From a phage, in assembly GCA_021081985.1 (NCBI GenBank), contig GCA_021081985.1_3639.1: 64,000 nucleotides of DNA; one strand, 5' to 3'. Shown in pieces: positions 44,113-53,457 of this stretch (position 1 is its first letter; each line of letters begins with the position of its first letter). The notes below the pieces were generated by a model that made no database searches, was not told where the DNA came from, and was given only the letters and a program-made list of their open reading frames with translations. Both the position numbers and the translations under genes were made by a program.

Positions 44113-45366
44113 ATGACAGCAACAACAGGTGTTGGTGGTTTAATTTATGGTCGTGCATTGGTTGACCAGAAGACAGGAAAGAAAATAAATTTTGATGAAC
44201 TGGGTGGCGGGAATATTCCAGAAGATATAACAGATCTTATTGCATCTAAAGCCCCAATAGAAAGCCCTTCATTTACAGGGAACCCTCAAGCACCAACACC
44301 GTTGGATGATGCTATTGGAAAGGAAATAGCTAATGTAGAATATGTGAGGGGTTTAATTGCAAAATTGGCTGACTCAGCGCCTGAAACATTGGATACTCTC
44401 AATGAATTAGCGAAGGCATTAGGTGATGACCCTAACTTTGCGACAACCATAACTAACGCTCTTGCTGGTAAACAACCATTGAGTGAAATACTGACATCTT
44501 TGTCAGGATTGATTACTGCTGGAAATAAACTAGCTTATTTCAGTGATAAAAACGTAATGGCTTTGGCAAATCTCTCCGCTGTTGGTCGAGTTATCATAGG
44601 GCAAGACTCAAAAACTGGTGTTCTCGATTATCTGGGGATAAAAACCGCTGCCGCAAAAGATGTACAAAGGGATATCTACGATACCACAGAAGGGGTGGTA
44701 TCTTTACCAGGGGCATTTGGTTTTGGTGCGTTTTTTCCTACGGAGAAAGAAGTTGTTTTTCAAGAGAAGAATGGGCCAGAGGAATGGGTTTCTTGGTTGA
44801 GAAGTGCACAACCTGGTCGCTACCTTGTTCGCCAAGATTTACCTTCAGGTGGCACACCTATTATTAAAGGGATTACTGCTTTCAAAGGTATGGTTGAGGT
44901 ATTGTCACCATATCCAGCAGAGAATGCAGAGCAGGCAGCAAAAAATAGTAAACATGCCTATTTTTATGGCATAAATGGGGAGTTGTACCATTATCGCTTA
45001 CTGACTATTTTTGCCAATGGTGACTGGGTGAATATAAAAGGGCAATTCTCTTCTTTGCAGTCTACGGTAGGCAATTCTTGGGGGAGTCCTGATGTTGGAG
45101 GAATAATGTTAGGAGTGTATCTTGGCGCTTCAGACACTGATTCAAACAGAAAACTTGTTCGTGGTCAGACTATCCCAGGATCCCGCATAGGGTGTATAAC
45201 TCTTTACAGCAAAGTTTCCGCAACAGGTGCATATCAAAGTACACCAGTTTCTGTTACACACAGTACTGAAACACAGAGAGGTACGTTTATAGCCTTATCC
45301 GGTTCACCAAGCAATAGTAATGGTACTGATACAGGTTATATTGGCCTTTTTATGAGGATTGCATGA
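44113..45366 (+). CDS. tail fibre protein
   Basis: N-terminal ESPSFTGNPQAPTP motif typical of phage tail-fibre N-termini; contains one copy of the PGAFG..PGRY repeat domain. Confidence 0.55.
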   Translation: MTATTGVGGLIYGRALVDQKTGKKINFDELGGGNIPEDITDLIASKAPIESPSFTGNPQAPTPLDDAIGKEIANVEYVRGLIAKLADSAPETLDTLNELAKALGDDPNFATTITNALAGKQPLSEILTSLSGLITAGNKLAYFSDKNVMALANLSAVGRVIIGQDSKTGVLDYLGIKTAAAKDVQRDIYDTTEGVVSLPGAFGFGAFFPTEKEVVFQEKNGPEEWVSWLRSAQPGRYLVRQDLPSGGTPIIKGITAFKGMVEVLSPYPAENAEQAAKNSKHAYFYGINGELYHYRLLTIFANGDWVNIKGQFSSLQSTVGNSWGSPDVGGIMLGVYLGASDTDSNRKLVRGQTIPGSRIGCITLYSKVSATGAYQSTPVSVTHSTETQRGTFIALSGSPSNSNGTDTGYIGLFMRIA

Positions 45367-45935
45367 TGCTAGATATTAAAGATATCAAGTCTCCACAGTA
45401 TCTTCTTAATGGCGACGTTGATTGTCTGGTACTTTTTGATGGTTTTTCTGATTATCTTCCATACACCGCTTCCAGCAACGACTATAGTGAAACTGGGAAA
45501 GCAGTTTGGGATTCCTTACAGTCTGGTAATTTTGGGGAGATTGCCCCGTATGTAGTAAACCCTCAATTTATCGAGGCATTAAAGCAACAGATGTTATCAG
45601 AAATAAAAGAGTGGAGAAAACTGGAAGAAAGCTCTACAGCTATTGTTTCTTATAATGGTGCAAGGTATGATGTCAATAATGCAACCCTTGGTCGTATTTA
45701 TCCAGTATTATTAGCACAAAAAGCATCCTCGGCTAGACAAGCTGTGGTTTGGAGAGATGTTGATAACAAACCTGTAGAGATGAGTAGCTCTGAATTTGAA
45801 AATCTTGTTGTAGCTATGTCTTCCGAGTTGGCAACTAAGAATGATTCAATATACATCAAGCAACGAGAAATGAAAGATCAAGTGCTTTCAGCCTCTACGG
45901 TTGAGGAATTACAAAGGATAAAAATTGGGTGGTAG
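45363..45935 (+). CDS. tail fibre assembly protein (putative)
   Basis: 190 aa, ATGA-coupled directly after a tail fibre gene. Confidence 0.4.
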   Translation: MMLDIKDIKSPQYLLNGDVDCLVLFDGFSDYLPYTASSNDYSETGKAVWDSLQSGNFGEIAPYVVNPQFIEALKQQMLSEIKEWRKLEESSTAIVSYNGARYDVNNATLGRIYPVLLAQKASSARQAVVWRDVDNKPVEMSSSEFENLVVAMSSELATKNDSIYIKQREMKDQVLSASTVEELQRIKIGW

Positions 45936-47716
45936 CTATGGATTATAAGGATAAAGTTGTCAATGCTGAAGTCATACTTCCAGATGGGCATAGTATTGGA
46001 GGATCAGGACTCCCAAGCCAATCTTTTAAATTATACACAGAAGACACCGCGACCATAAAACTTTCAGGTAATGGTGAAAAAGCAACACCACTTAAAGGTG
46101 TTGTTGTGGTGGCAGAAGATGAAAATAATGCTCTCCAAGCTGGAGATAATGGGTTAGCTGTTAAGGTTAGCCCTGCTGCAAATAACCTGTTGGAGTTGAA
46201 ACAAGGGGCATTATATGTAACAGCGCCCGAAATAAATATCCCTATATCTCCTAAAGAAGGAAATGCTTTAACAAATCTGACTTCTGAAGGTGAAGAGGGG
46301 TTGTATGTTGCACCTACCAAAGTACAAGGATGGCTTTATGATCCTGCGCCTGGTGTTGCAGCTTTGCCTGGAGCTTTCGGCTACGGAATGACAAATCCTG
46401 GAGCAATTTCACTTATTGCTTACAGTCTTGGCGATGTTGCACGTTCTGCCCATAACCTACACCCAGGTAGGTATTATACTTTCACCACACGATCTGAGGA
46501 AATGACCGGAATAACAGAAATTATCTGGCTGGATAATGGCTGGGGCGACAAAACCAGCCAGACAGCAACAAAGCTGGTTCTGTTTTTTGGAAAAGACGGT
46601 CGTATGAAGTATACAATCCGTGGCGACAATCCAAGGGAGCCAGCAGTGTGGTATGATTTGTTAACTGCCAAACAAGCGAATATTCATGATCGCACGGCTG
46701 GTGTTGCAGCCATACCGGGAAGTTTTGGGTACGGTATGGCAGCGAGCGATGGTGTCACCTTATCGTTGCTAAACATTGATGAGATCGCTTCTCTTGCTAA
46801 TCAGACCATGCCGGGGAGGTATTATGCCCATATACAATTCCCAGCAAACTCTGGCGTATTTGAAATAATATGGCTAGATAATTGGCAAAATGATAAAACT
46901 TCAGCAACGGCAAGTAAATTGATCTTGTTTTATGGCGCGGATGGTAGTGTTAAGTATACAATTAGAGGCTCAGACCCTAGTACCCCTGTTTCCTGGGTAG
47001 ACCTTGGAGGAAGTTCTGCCACCTATTCACTATCTATCGGCACAGTTTCCTCTTTGGAAAGTGGGCAACAGGCAACCGCATCAATAACTGGTGATTCTCC
47101 TTCACAAGTTCTTAACTTAGGTATCCCTAAGGGTGCTGATGGACAAACAATAAAATCTGTTAATGCTGTTGTTAAAGAAATAGACAGTGCACAACAGGTA
47201 ACACTGACTTTTACAATGACAGATGATTTAAGTCAACAGGCGAGCTTTAATATCCCATTTTCTCCTCAGCCGACTATGAAGTTGTCAGCAACATCTGGGA
47301 ATTTCTCTTTCAATTATAGCGATACACCTTCAGCGAAAAAAGCAGCGGGGAGATCTGGGTCTTCTATATATTTGAAAACAACAGTTGATCTGAACAGATC
47401 AACTGCTGGCAGTACAGATGTTATGGTGGATGTTCGTTTGACAGAGATACCTTGTACGGAAGACGGTACGTATCTTGATTATGATATCTATGCAGAATAC
47501 CCAAGTGTTGTCGGGTCAGGGCAACCCACAGTGGCTGTATGGCTTATTCTACCAACAGTTCCCACGCATACCATTGATCCCAAGACGAAGACAATAACTA
47601 AACTTCTTCGTGGTGATGGTTTATCAGGACTTAATGGAATCATTCCTATTGCAGGTGCAGACGAACAAGTCCACGAATTTAAATATTTCTTGCAATATTC
47701 TTATCTGAACAACTAA
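45929..47716 (+). CDS. tail fibre / receptor-binding protein with tandem internal domain duplication
   Basis: Two about 110-aa repeats (ALPGAFGYGM..PGRYYTFT..EIIWLDNGWGDKTSQTATKLVLFFGKDGRMKYTIRGDNP and AIPGSFGYGM..PGRYYAHI..EIIWLDNWQNDKTSATASKLILFYGADGSVKYTIRGSDP). Confidence 0.55.
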   Translation: MVAMDYKDKVVNAEVILPDGHSIGGSGLPSQSFKLYTEDTATIKLSGNGEKATPLKGVVVVAEDENNALQAGDNGLAVKVSPAANNLLELKQGALYVTAPEINIPISPKEGNALTNLTSEGEEGLYVAPTKVQGWLYDPAPGVAALPGAFGYGMTNPGAISLIAYSLGDVARSAHNLHPGRYYTFTTRSEEMTGITEIIWLDNGWGDKTSQTATKLVLFFGKDGRMKYTIRGDNPREPAVWYDLLTAKQANIHDRTAGVAAIPGSFGYGMAASDGVTLSLLNIDEIASLANQTMPGRYYAHIQFPANSGVFEIIWLDNWQNDKTSATASKLILFYGADGSVKYTIRGSDPSTPVSWVDLGGSSATYSLSIGTVSSLESGQQATASITGDSPSQVLNLGIPKGADGQTIKSVNAVVKEIDSAQQVTLTFTMTDDLSQQASFNIPFSPQPTMKLSATSGNFSFNYSDTPSAKKAAGRSGSSIYLKTTVDLNRSTAGSTDVMVDVRLTEIPCTEDGTYLDYDIYAEYPSVVGSGQPTVAVWLILPTVPTHTIDPKTKTITKLLRGDGLSGLNGIIPIAGADEQVHEFKYFLQYSYLNN

Positions 47717-47726
47717 GGGGATAATT

Positions 47727-47984
47727 ATGGCAACAACAGGTGTGGCTGGTAAAGTATATGCATCAAGCCTTGTTGATATAAAAACTGGAAAATCTGTGAA
47801 AATCGAAGATATTATTGCTGGAGGCTCAGATAGCTATGTTCTTCCAGCGGCTACGGAATCAGTATTAGGAGGTGTTAAGAAAGCACAAACACAAGCAGAT
47901 TCTGTGGCTTCAGATGTCTCTACGTTGGTCAACGATTTTAATGCTTTGCTTGCCAAGTTGAAAGCCGCTGGTATTATGTCGTGA
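47727..47984 (+). CDS. short paralogue of tail-fibre N-terminal domain
   Basis: MATTGVAGKVYASSLVDIKTGKSVKIEDIIAGG parallels MTATTGVGGLIYGRALVDQKTGKKINFDELGGG of the fibre at 44113. Confidence 0.35.
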   Translation: MATTGVAGKVYASSLVDIKTGKSVKIEDIIAGGSDSYVLPAATESVLGGVKKAQTQADSVASDVSTLVNDFNALLAKLKAAGIMS

Positions 47985-48015
47985 TAAAAAAGACCCTTCG
48001 GGGTCTTTTTATTTT
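47985..48015. terminator. bidirectional intrinsic terminator
   Basis: aaaaaAGACCCttcgGGGTCTttttatttt; A-run on one side and T-run on the other; convergent genes on both sides. Confidence 0.6.
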
Positions 48016-48413
48016 AGGAGTTCCTGTACTCCTTTATTCAAATTTGCATTAATATACGGTTCACGCCCATTCTTATAGAAAGTACAGATGTATTTCCCAG
48101 TGTAAGATTTTTTTCCTGAGATAATTGCGACATCATCAAAATATTGATATGCTTCTGCTTGCTCTGCAATTCTGCCTTCAAAGCCTGATGACACAACAAT
48201 CACGTCTGGTTTAAATGCTTCTCTGAATCTCTTATCGCAAGATAATTGTACAATACGGCTAATTGCCTCATCTTTTTCTTCTGGTGACAACCAACTTGCC
48301 TCGACAGATTTATAATCATTAATGTCTGGGTTATTTTTCACATATTGGAGAGTCCCCGCTGCAATAACAGCACAGACGCACAGACCAATTGTAATTTTTA
48401 AAATATTTTTCAT
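48009..48413 (-). CDS. reverse-oriented secreted/lipoprotein-like protein (moron candidate)
   Basis: 134 aa on minus strand inside plus-strand structural module; N-terminal KITIGLCVCAVIAAG signal/lipobox-like sequence. Confidence 0.45.
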   Translation of the reverse strand: MKNILKITIGLCVCAVIAAGTLQYVKNNPDINDYKSVEASWLSPEEKDEAISRIVQLSCDKRFREAFKPDVIVVSSGFEGRIAEQAEAYQYFDDVAIISGKKSYTGKYICTFYKNGREPYINANLNKGVQELLK

Positions 48414-48477
48414 AAATCCTCCATAGCAGTTGTTGTGTTTATCTTACCTACGGAATTTTTCGTGTCAAGCGTTTTTA

Positions 48478-48506
48478 ATGACAAAAATTGTATTTTGTGA
48501 TAATAT
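48478..48506 (+). promoter_or_regulatory. sigma70-like promoter (ATGACA-17-TAATAT, with upstream TG)
   Basis: ATGACAaaaattgtattttgtgaTAATAT upstream of the ORF at 48541. Confidence 0.45.
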
Positions 48507-48540
48507 AGTTACTAACAAGTAACATAAAATGGAGAGTTAG

Positions 48541-49059
48541 ATGACAGACCAAGAAATTGTTGATTACATCAGGCTCCTGCTTGGGTCAATATCCCCAGAG
48601 GCACTACCTGATGAAGTTATCATGGCATTCCTTGAGATGGAGAAAAAAAGAGCAAACTGGCCTAACCCATCATCCACGCCTTGCGACATGTGGAGAGTGG
48701 TCTATAACACAATGGTGGCTGTATTAAGATGGTTAATTCTTCAAGAGATAAATTCTGGCGAGGCATCCATCACAGAAAGATTGGAAAAGATAGGTGATGA
48801 GACAATACAGGTGAAAGGCGGATCGTCATACCAGAACTGGAAAGATTTTCTGGACTGGCTACTGCAAAACCCTGATTACGTCAATAGCTGCCTGAATGGT
48901 GTCTCTGGTTTGGTTATTGTGGGCGGTGTGCGACAGGATGAGTTTTGGCGTGTTAAGAGTAATCCTAACTCAAGAAGCCCGTTTGATGTTTCCGGTATAG
49001 TTCCTCAAACAGGAGTTCCCGGTATTCCTCGGAGATACCCAAAACACAGGTATTATTGA
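48541..49059 (+). CDS. hypothetical head-tail joining region protein
   Basis: 172-aa ORF, GGAGAG RBS. Confidence 0.3.
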   Translation: MTDQEIVDYIRLLLGSISPEALPDEVIMAFLEMEKKRANWPNPSSTPCDMWRVVYNTMVAVLRWLILQEINSGEASITERLEKIGDETIQVKGGSSYQNWKDFLDWLLQNPDYVNSCLNGVSGLVIVGGVRQDEFWRVKSNPNSRSPFDVSGIVPQTGVPGIPRRYPKHRYY

Positions 49060-49124
49060 CAATCGTATTCCTAATTATTGATTTTGCTTGGATAATGTGG
49101 TAAAATACCTTAACGGGAGTTCTT

Positions 49125-49601
49125 ATGAGAACAAAATTTAAATCTCATCAAGATTTAAGTGCTTTGGAGAATTTTTATAACTCTGTACAGCAACTTGATA
49201 AAAAACAAGTCTCCTATGGTTATTATGATGACCCACACTATTCAGGACTAAATACTGCAACTCTGGCAGCTATCCATGAACAAGGCTGGAATAATCTTCC
49301 AGCCCGTACATTCATAACTAGCGCGGCTGTGTCCTTTCAAAAGGATTTGGAGAAATTACAGAAGGAGTTATTCGGCACGTTAGCATCTGGAAGTAATAAT
49401 CCAACCCCAATGCTGAAAAAAATTGGTAAAGCAGGTGCTGAAAAAATTAAGTTTGTAATAGACTCTGGGCTTTTCCCTCATAATACTGTATCAGATGCAT
49501 GGGCAGATGTCAAAGGTTTTAGTGCAGCTATGTATCATTATGGGGATTTAAGAGATTCCACAACTTATAAGATTTCGAACAGAAGAGGTTCAGGGGCGTA
49601 A
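49125..49601 (+). CDS. hypothetical structural protein
   Basis: 158-aa ORF; promoter-like TTGATT-17-TAAAAT upstream. Confidence 0.3.
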   Translation: MRTKFKSHQDLSALENFYNSVQQLDKKQVSYGYYDDPHYSGLNTATLAAIHEQGWNNLPARTFITSAAVSFQKDLEKLQKELFGTLASGSNNPTPMLKKIGKAGAEKIKFVIDSGLFPHNTVSDAWADVKGFSAAMYHYGDLRDSTTYKISNRRGSGA

Positions 49602-49604
49602 ATT

Positions 49605-50039
49605 ATGGCGGGATACAAACTTATAGGCAAGAACAAATTGATACCCAGAGTTACCATGAAAGGTAGACACAGGCAGTTCAAAAAGACAGACTTAGATAAT
49701 CCATTTGAAAATGGTGGGTTGGATATTGAGTATGTTGAATTTGATGTACCTGAATGTGTCGTTCAACCTATTAGTGGTAAAGCAGCTAGGGATTACACGT
49801 CCCAATTAGTTCCTGAAGGTGGTAGGCAGTATGATTCCTTTACTGTGTATTCATCTGTGATGTTAAAAGGCCCAGTTGAAGGATCTGATAACATGGCTGA
49901 TCAGATTCTATTAATGAACTCTCGTGGTGAGATGGAGTGGTTCACAGTTATTAAATCTGATTTGTATCAGACCACAGGTGTCTCTAGGTTCAGAGCTTAT
50001 GTGGTGGCAATACCAGAAGGGACAAACGGAGGTATTTAA
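49605..50039 (+). CDS. hypothetical structural protein
   Basis: 144-aa ORF tightly packed. Confidence 0.3.
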   Translation: MAGYKLIGKNKLIPRVTMKGRHRQFKKTDLDNPFENGGLDIEYVEFDVPECVVQPISGKAARDYTSQLVPEGGRQYDSFTVYSSVMLKGPVEGSDNMADQILLMNSRGEMEWFTVIKSDLYQTTGVSRFRAYVVAIPEGTNGGI

Positions 50040-50569
50040 TGACTGATTTTATCAGTGCAGATGAAATCTTCGATGCTTTGACGAAAACAATAGGTTCTTT
50101 TTGTAAAGAAGTTACTGGTAGGAAAGTCGTGCTGGCAGGGGAAGATGAAATACCTAAAGTTGATGGTGAGTTTATTCTAGTGGATCTTACTGCTGTAGAT
50201 CAGCTTGACTGGCAATCAGACGATGGATTTACTGATGATGGTCGAGCGATGACAGTCCATAACTATGAAATTGTATATACATTGACTGCTTATCGTGGTA
50301 AAGCACCAAATGCCCTAAGTCGTATTTTACAAGCTATGAACTTACCTTTTATATACGATAAGTATTTCCCAACTAATTCACCTTTTGCATATTCCTCCTC
50401 TTCAACAATATCTCGGTTGAGAGTTCCTTTGAATGTCCAAAAATATGAAACTCGGGCTGTAGTGCTGATAACTTTTAATGTTTGCTTTGCAGAAACAGAC
50501 ACTGGAGTTTTCGAAGATTTGGAAACCCTCAATGCGCAACTTTCATATCATTTTCCGAAAGAGGATTAA
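50039..50569 (+). CDS. hypothetical structural protein
   Basis: 176-aa ORF, ATGA-coupled. Confidence 0.3.
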   Translation: MTDFISADEIFDALTKTIGSFCKEVTGRKVVLAGEDEIPKVDGEFILVDLTAVDQLDWQSDDGFTDDGRAMTVHNYEIVYTLTAYRGKAPNALSRILQAMNLPFIYDKYFPTNSPFAYSSSSTISRLRVPLNVQKYETRAVVLITFNVCFAETDTGVFEDLETLNAQLSYHFPKED

Positions 50570-50695
50570 AAGAAATATTTTGGTTATTGATAAGCACTGG
50601 CTTATTGGTGATCACGATGTGGAGAAATAACCCACAACACAGCACAAATAAGTGCTGGTCAATAACTGTACGTACAGAAATAAAAGAGGAAATCG

Positions 50696-52108
50696 ATGGC
50701 TTATAATGACAAGGTGGTTGATGTAACAGTCACACTTGGTACTCAACCAATCGACACAAAAGGGTTTGAAACCCCACTGTTCCTTGCGATCCATAATGTC
50801 TTCCCAGAAAGAGTTCGTGCTTATACCGAACTTAGTCAATTAGTTGATGATGGATTTGCTGTTGGAACACCTGCATATAATTATGCATCTAAGGCATTTT
50901 CTGGAACATTCCGTCCACAATATCTGATGATTGGTCGCCAAGGCTTCACCAATACGGTTGTGGATTTTACAGACCAGACAAACACAGACCCAGAAACACC
51001 TGTAGCTCTAAACTTTGTGACAGGGGCTTATCAAAAGAGCATACTTGTCAATGTAAATGCATCTTCAGAGCCTTCTACAATTGCTACATCTCTGGCTGAC
51101 GCTATTAATGCGGATACAACGCTGAAGACTGTACTTACGGCAACAGCAAGCGAGGCTAAAGTAACAATTGCCCCAAAAGATAGTGGCAAGTTTAGTGTTG
51201 GTAAAGACAGCGGAAATATGGTCATCACCAATACCTCCGATGAGACAGTTTCTTCTGTTCTTCCGCAGGTTATGACCGCAAATGAGAACTGGTATTTTGT
51301 CAGCACTGAGTCACACACAAAAACATCTATCTTAAGTGCCGCCGCATTCGCCGCTGCAAATTACAAGATGCATGTCTACTCAACTGCGGATGAAAAATCT
51401 AAAACTGCTGATAGTGATTCCATCGCAGATGAACTGAAAGCTCTGCAATACGACACCTCTATTGGTATGTACGATCCGCTGGCAGACAGTGCCTATCCAG
51501 AAGGAGGAATTATCGGGGCGATGGCCTCAAATGATCCTTCCTATGGGGATTCTATCCACCTGAAGACTATGGACGGGGTTGTTGCTCCAACCTTGAGTGC
51601 AACGGAACGTATGACTATCTGGGGTAAGAATCTGAACTTCTACCGCATGATTAATGGTGTAGGATCCTTCTATGAAGGCAAATGCGCTTCCGGCAATTAT
51701 GTAGATGTTGTGAGATTTGGTCACTGGCTTAAGTTCCGCACCGAAGAAAGTGTTTTCGGATATATGTCCCGCAGATCCAACATGGGCCTGTCTGTTAAAA
51801 TGAGTGATGATGACCTCCCTAACCTGAAGTCTGTCATCATGAATAACCCTATCAACGTAGGTATTTCTAACGGAGCTATTTTAACAGGTTATGATGAGGT
51901 TAACAAGGTCTTCTTCGACCCTGTAATCACAATCCCTCTGCGTGGAAGCATACCTACTAACGATCTGGCAGCACGTACACTTAACAACGTGAAAGTGGAA
52001 CTGGTATACAACACACCACTACATTTTGTCAAGATCCGTATGACTGTCATGCTGGACAAAACAGGTTCAAATTCTGGTAACGCACAGACAGTAACAGCAG
52101 GAGTGTAA
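50696..52108 (+). CDS. tail sheath protein (putative)
   Basis: 470 aa immediately upstream of a 157-aa tube-sized gene, chaperone pair and tape measure gene; canonical contractile-tail order. Confidence 0.5.
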   Translation: MAYNDKVVDVTVTLGTQPIDTKGFETPLFLAIHNVFPERVRAYTELSQLVDDGFAVGTPAYNYASKAFSGTFRPQYLMIGRQGFTNTVVDFTDQTNTDPETPVALNFVTGAYQKSILVNVNASSEPSTIATSLADAINADTTLKTVLTATASEAKVTIAPKDSGKFSVGKDSGNMVITNTSDETVSSVLPQVMTANENWYFVSTESHTKTSILSAAAFAAANYKMHVYSTADEKSKTADSDSIADELKALQYDTSIGMYDPLADSAYPEGGIIGAMASNDPSYGDSIHLKTMDGVVAPTLSATERMTIWGKNLNFYRMINGVGSFYEGKCASGNYVDVVRFGHWLKFRTEESVFGYMSRRSNMGLSVKMSDDDLPNLKSVIMNNPINVGISNGAILTGYDEVNKVFFDPVITIPLRGSIPTNDLAARTLNNVKVELVYNTPLHFVKIRMTVMLDKTGSNSGNAQTVTAGV

Positions 52109-52111
52109 TAA

Positions 52112-52585
52112 ATGAATACAGCTATTCTAACGCCGTATGCATATGACCCTAAAAAAGTAAAACTGTATCTGATGACTCAAAGAGTAACAGGATTCGCAGC
52201 GGACACGAAAATTGTTGTGTCCCGTAATGAAGACAATATCATCCCCCACATGGGGGTTGATGGTGAGCTATCTGCTGCACTGTCCCGTAACCAATCTGGT
52301 GTTATGACGGTTTCTCTTCAGAATACAGCATCATGGAATGGTAATTTAGCAAACTGGCAAAAACAAGCATCCGTAACTGGCCTTATTTTCTTCCCTGTTC
52401 TTCTGGAAGGTTCTCAAGGTATGGGCTTGAGTACAATTGGATGGATTCAGAAACAGCCTGACCTTACTTACGGAACGGAAGTTGGTCAGATGGACTGGGA
52501 AATTGGTATTCTGGATGCTTGGTTGAGTCCTGATACTCTGTCCTCTGTTGGCTTCGGCCTCGCTGGACTTTCCGGTATTATTTAA
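52112..52585 (+). CDS. tail tube protein (putative)
   Basis: 157 aa between sheath-like and chaperone genes. Confidence 0.5.
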   Translation: MNTAILTPYAYDPKKVKLYLMTQRVTGFAADTKIVVSRNEDNIIPHMGVDGELSAALSRNQSGVMTVSLQNTASWNGNLANWQKQASVTGLIFFPVLLEGSQGMGLSTIGWIQKQPDLTYGTEVGQMDWEIGILDAWLSPDTLSSVGFGLAGLSGII

Positions 52586-52660
52586 TAATTTCGTGTGCCA
52601 CATGGATGTGGCCTTTATACACGTAAGGATAGTTCAACTTCTAAAGACGCAGGAGCGTGC

Positions 52661-53128
52661 ATGAAAATCAGACAAACAACTGAAATTGACCTAGCGGGTC
52701 ACAACTTTGTTATTACACATTGGTCCCCAACAAAAGCATTTAAAAATATTCCTAAGATAGGACGTTATATTGCTGTTCCAATGGCATCCATTTCTGGAGC
52801 ACTTATGTCTGGTGGGCAGAATCTTTCTGATGCTATTCCAACAGCAGTATTATACCTATTTGACCAGATGGAGCAAGATAATATTGAAGAACTTTTTGCC
52901 TTAATTCTGGACGATGTATCTGTTGATGGTATGGCAGGTAAGGTAGACATTGATGATATTTTCCAAGGGAAGATGATGGACCTTATCAAACTCGTGGCGA
53001 AAGTGCTGGAGGTTAACTACGGCTGTTTTTTCACGAAAGACGGTTTCGCAAGCCTTCAGGATCTTCTGGGACGCCTGGGTCAGACCCATCAACTGAACAC
53101 GATGGATCAGGCAGAGGAAGCGGAGTAA
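52661..53128 (+). CDS. tail assembly chaperone (start at internal ATG with AGGAG RBS)
   Basis: Position upstream of tape measure gene; contains a slippery heptamer near its 3' end. Confidence 0.5.
   Translation: MKIRQTTEIDLAGHNFVITHWSPTKAFKNIPKIGRYIAVPMASISGALMSGGQNLSDAIPTAVLYLFDQMEQDNIEELFALILDDVSVDGMAGKVDIDDIFQGKMMDLIKLVAKVLEVNYGCFFTKDGFASLQDLLGRLGQTHQLNTMDQAEEAE
53026..53032 (+). other. candidate programmed -1 ribosomal frameshift site (T TTT TTC)
   Basis: Heptamer in zero frame tgT TTT TTC acg; the -1 frame is open from 53017 to 53406, giving a chaperone fusion product. Confidence 0.5.
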
Positions 53129-53163
53129 CACCGTCTAATATTTCGAAAGTTGTCCTGAGAGCT

Positions 53164-53406
53164 ATGAACTATGCAAGAAAAAATAGCTCATTGACTTGGT
53201 TCGATTATTTGTGGTGTCGTGCTCTGAAGAGTTTTAAAGGTGAGTCTTATTCCTCACTTGAGTCTGCTGACATGGCCTACCTGCTTAAACTGAACGAATA
53301 TCTTGATATCGAAGAGTTTATCCAAGACGTACAGGAGAGAGAGGAACAAAGTGCAGCCAATGCTGCCGCCGCTGCAAATAGGTCGCGCCGAGGTAGAAGA
53401 GGTTAA
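53164..53406 (+). CDS. tail assembly chaperone -1 frame extension (track ORF)
   Basis: Open in -1 frame relative to the upstream chaperone ORF; ends RSRRGRRG. Confidence 0.4.
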   Translation: MNYARKNSSLTWFDYLWCRALKSFKGESYSSLESADMAYLLKLNEYLDIEEFIQDVQEREEQSAANAAAAANRSRRGRRG

Positions 53407-53410
53407 TCTC

Positions 53411-53446
53411 AAGCCAGGTTCCTTCTCGGAACCTGGCTTTTTTATT
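53411..53446 (+). terminator. strong stem-loop, terminator-like, before tape measure gene
   Basis: AGCCAGGTTCCttctcGGAACCTGGCT followed by TTTTTTATT. Confidence 0.55.
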
Positions 53447-53457
53447 GAGGAAAATCT

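Noticed and set aside
52595-52660. Upstream start of the tail chaperone ORF at 52595
   Set aside because: No RBS; the internal ATG at 52661 is preceded by AGGAG.
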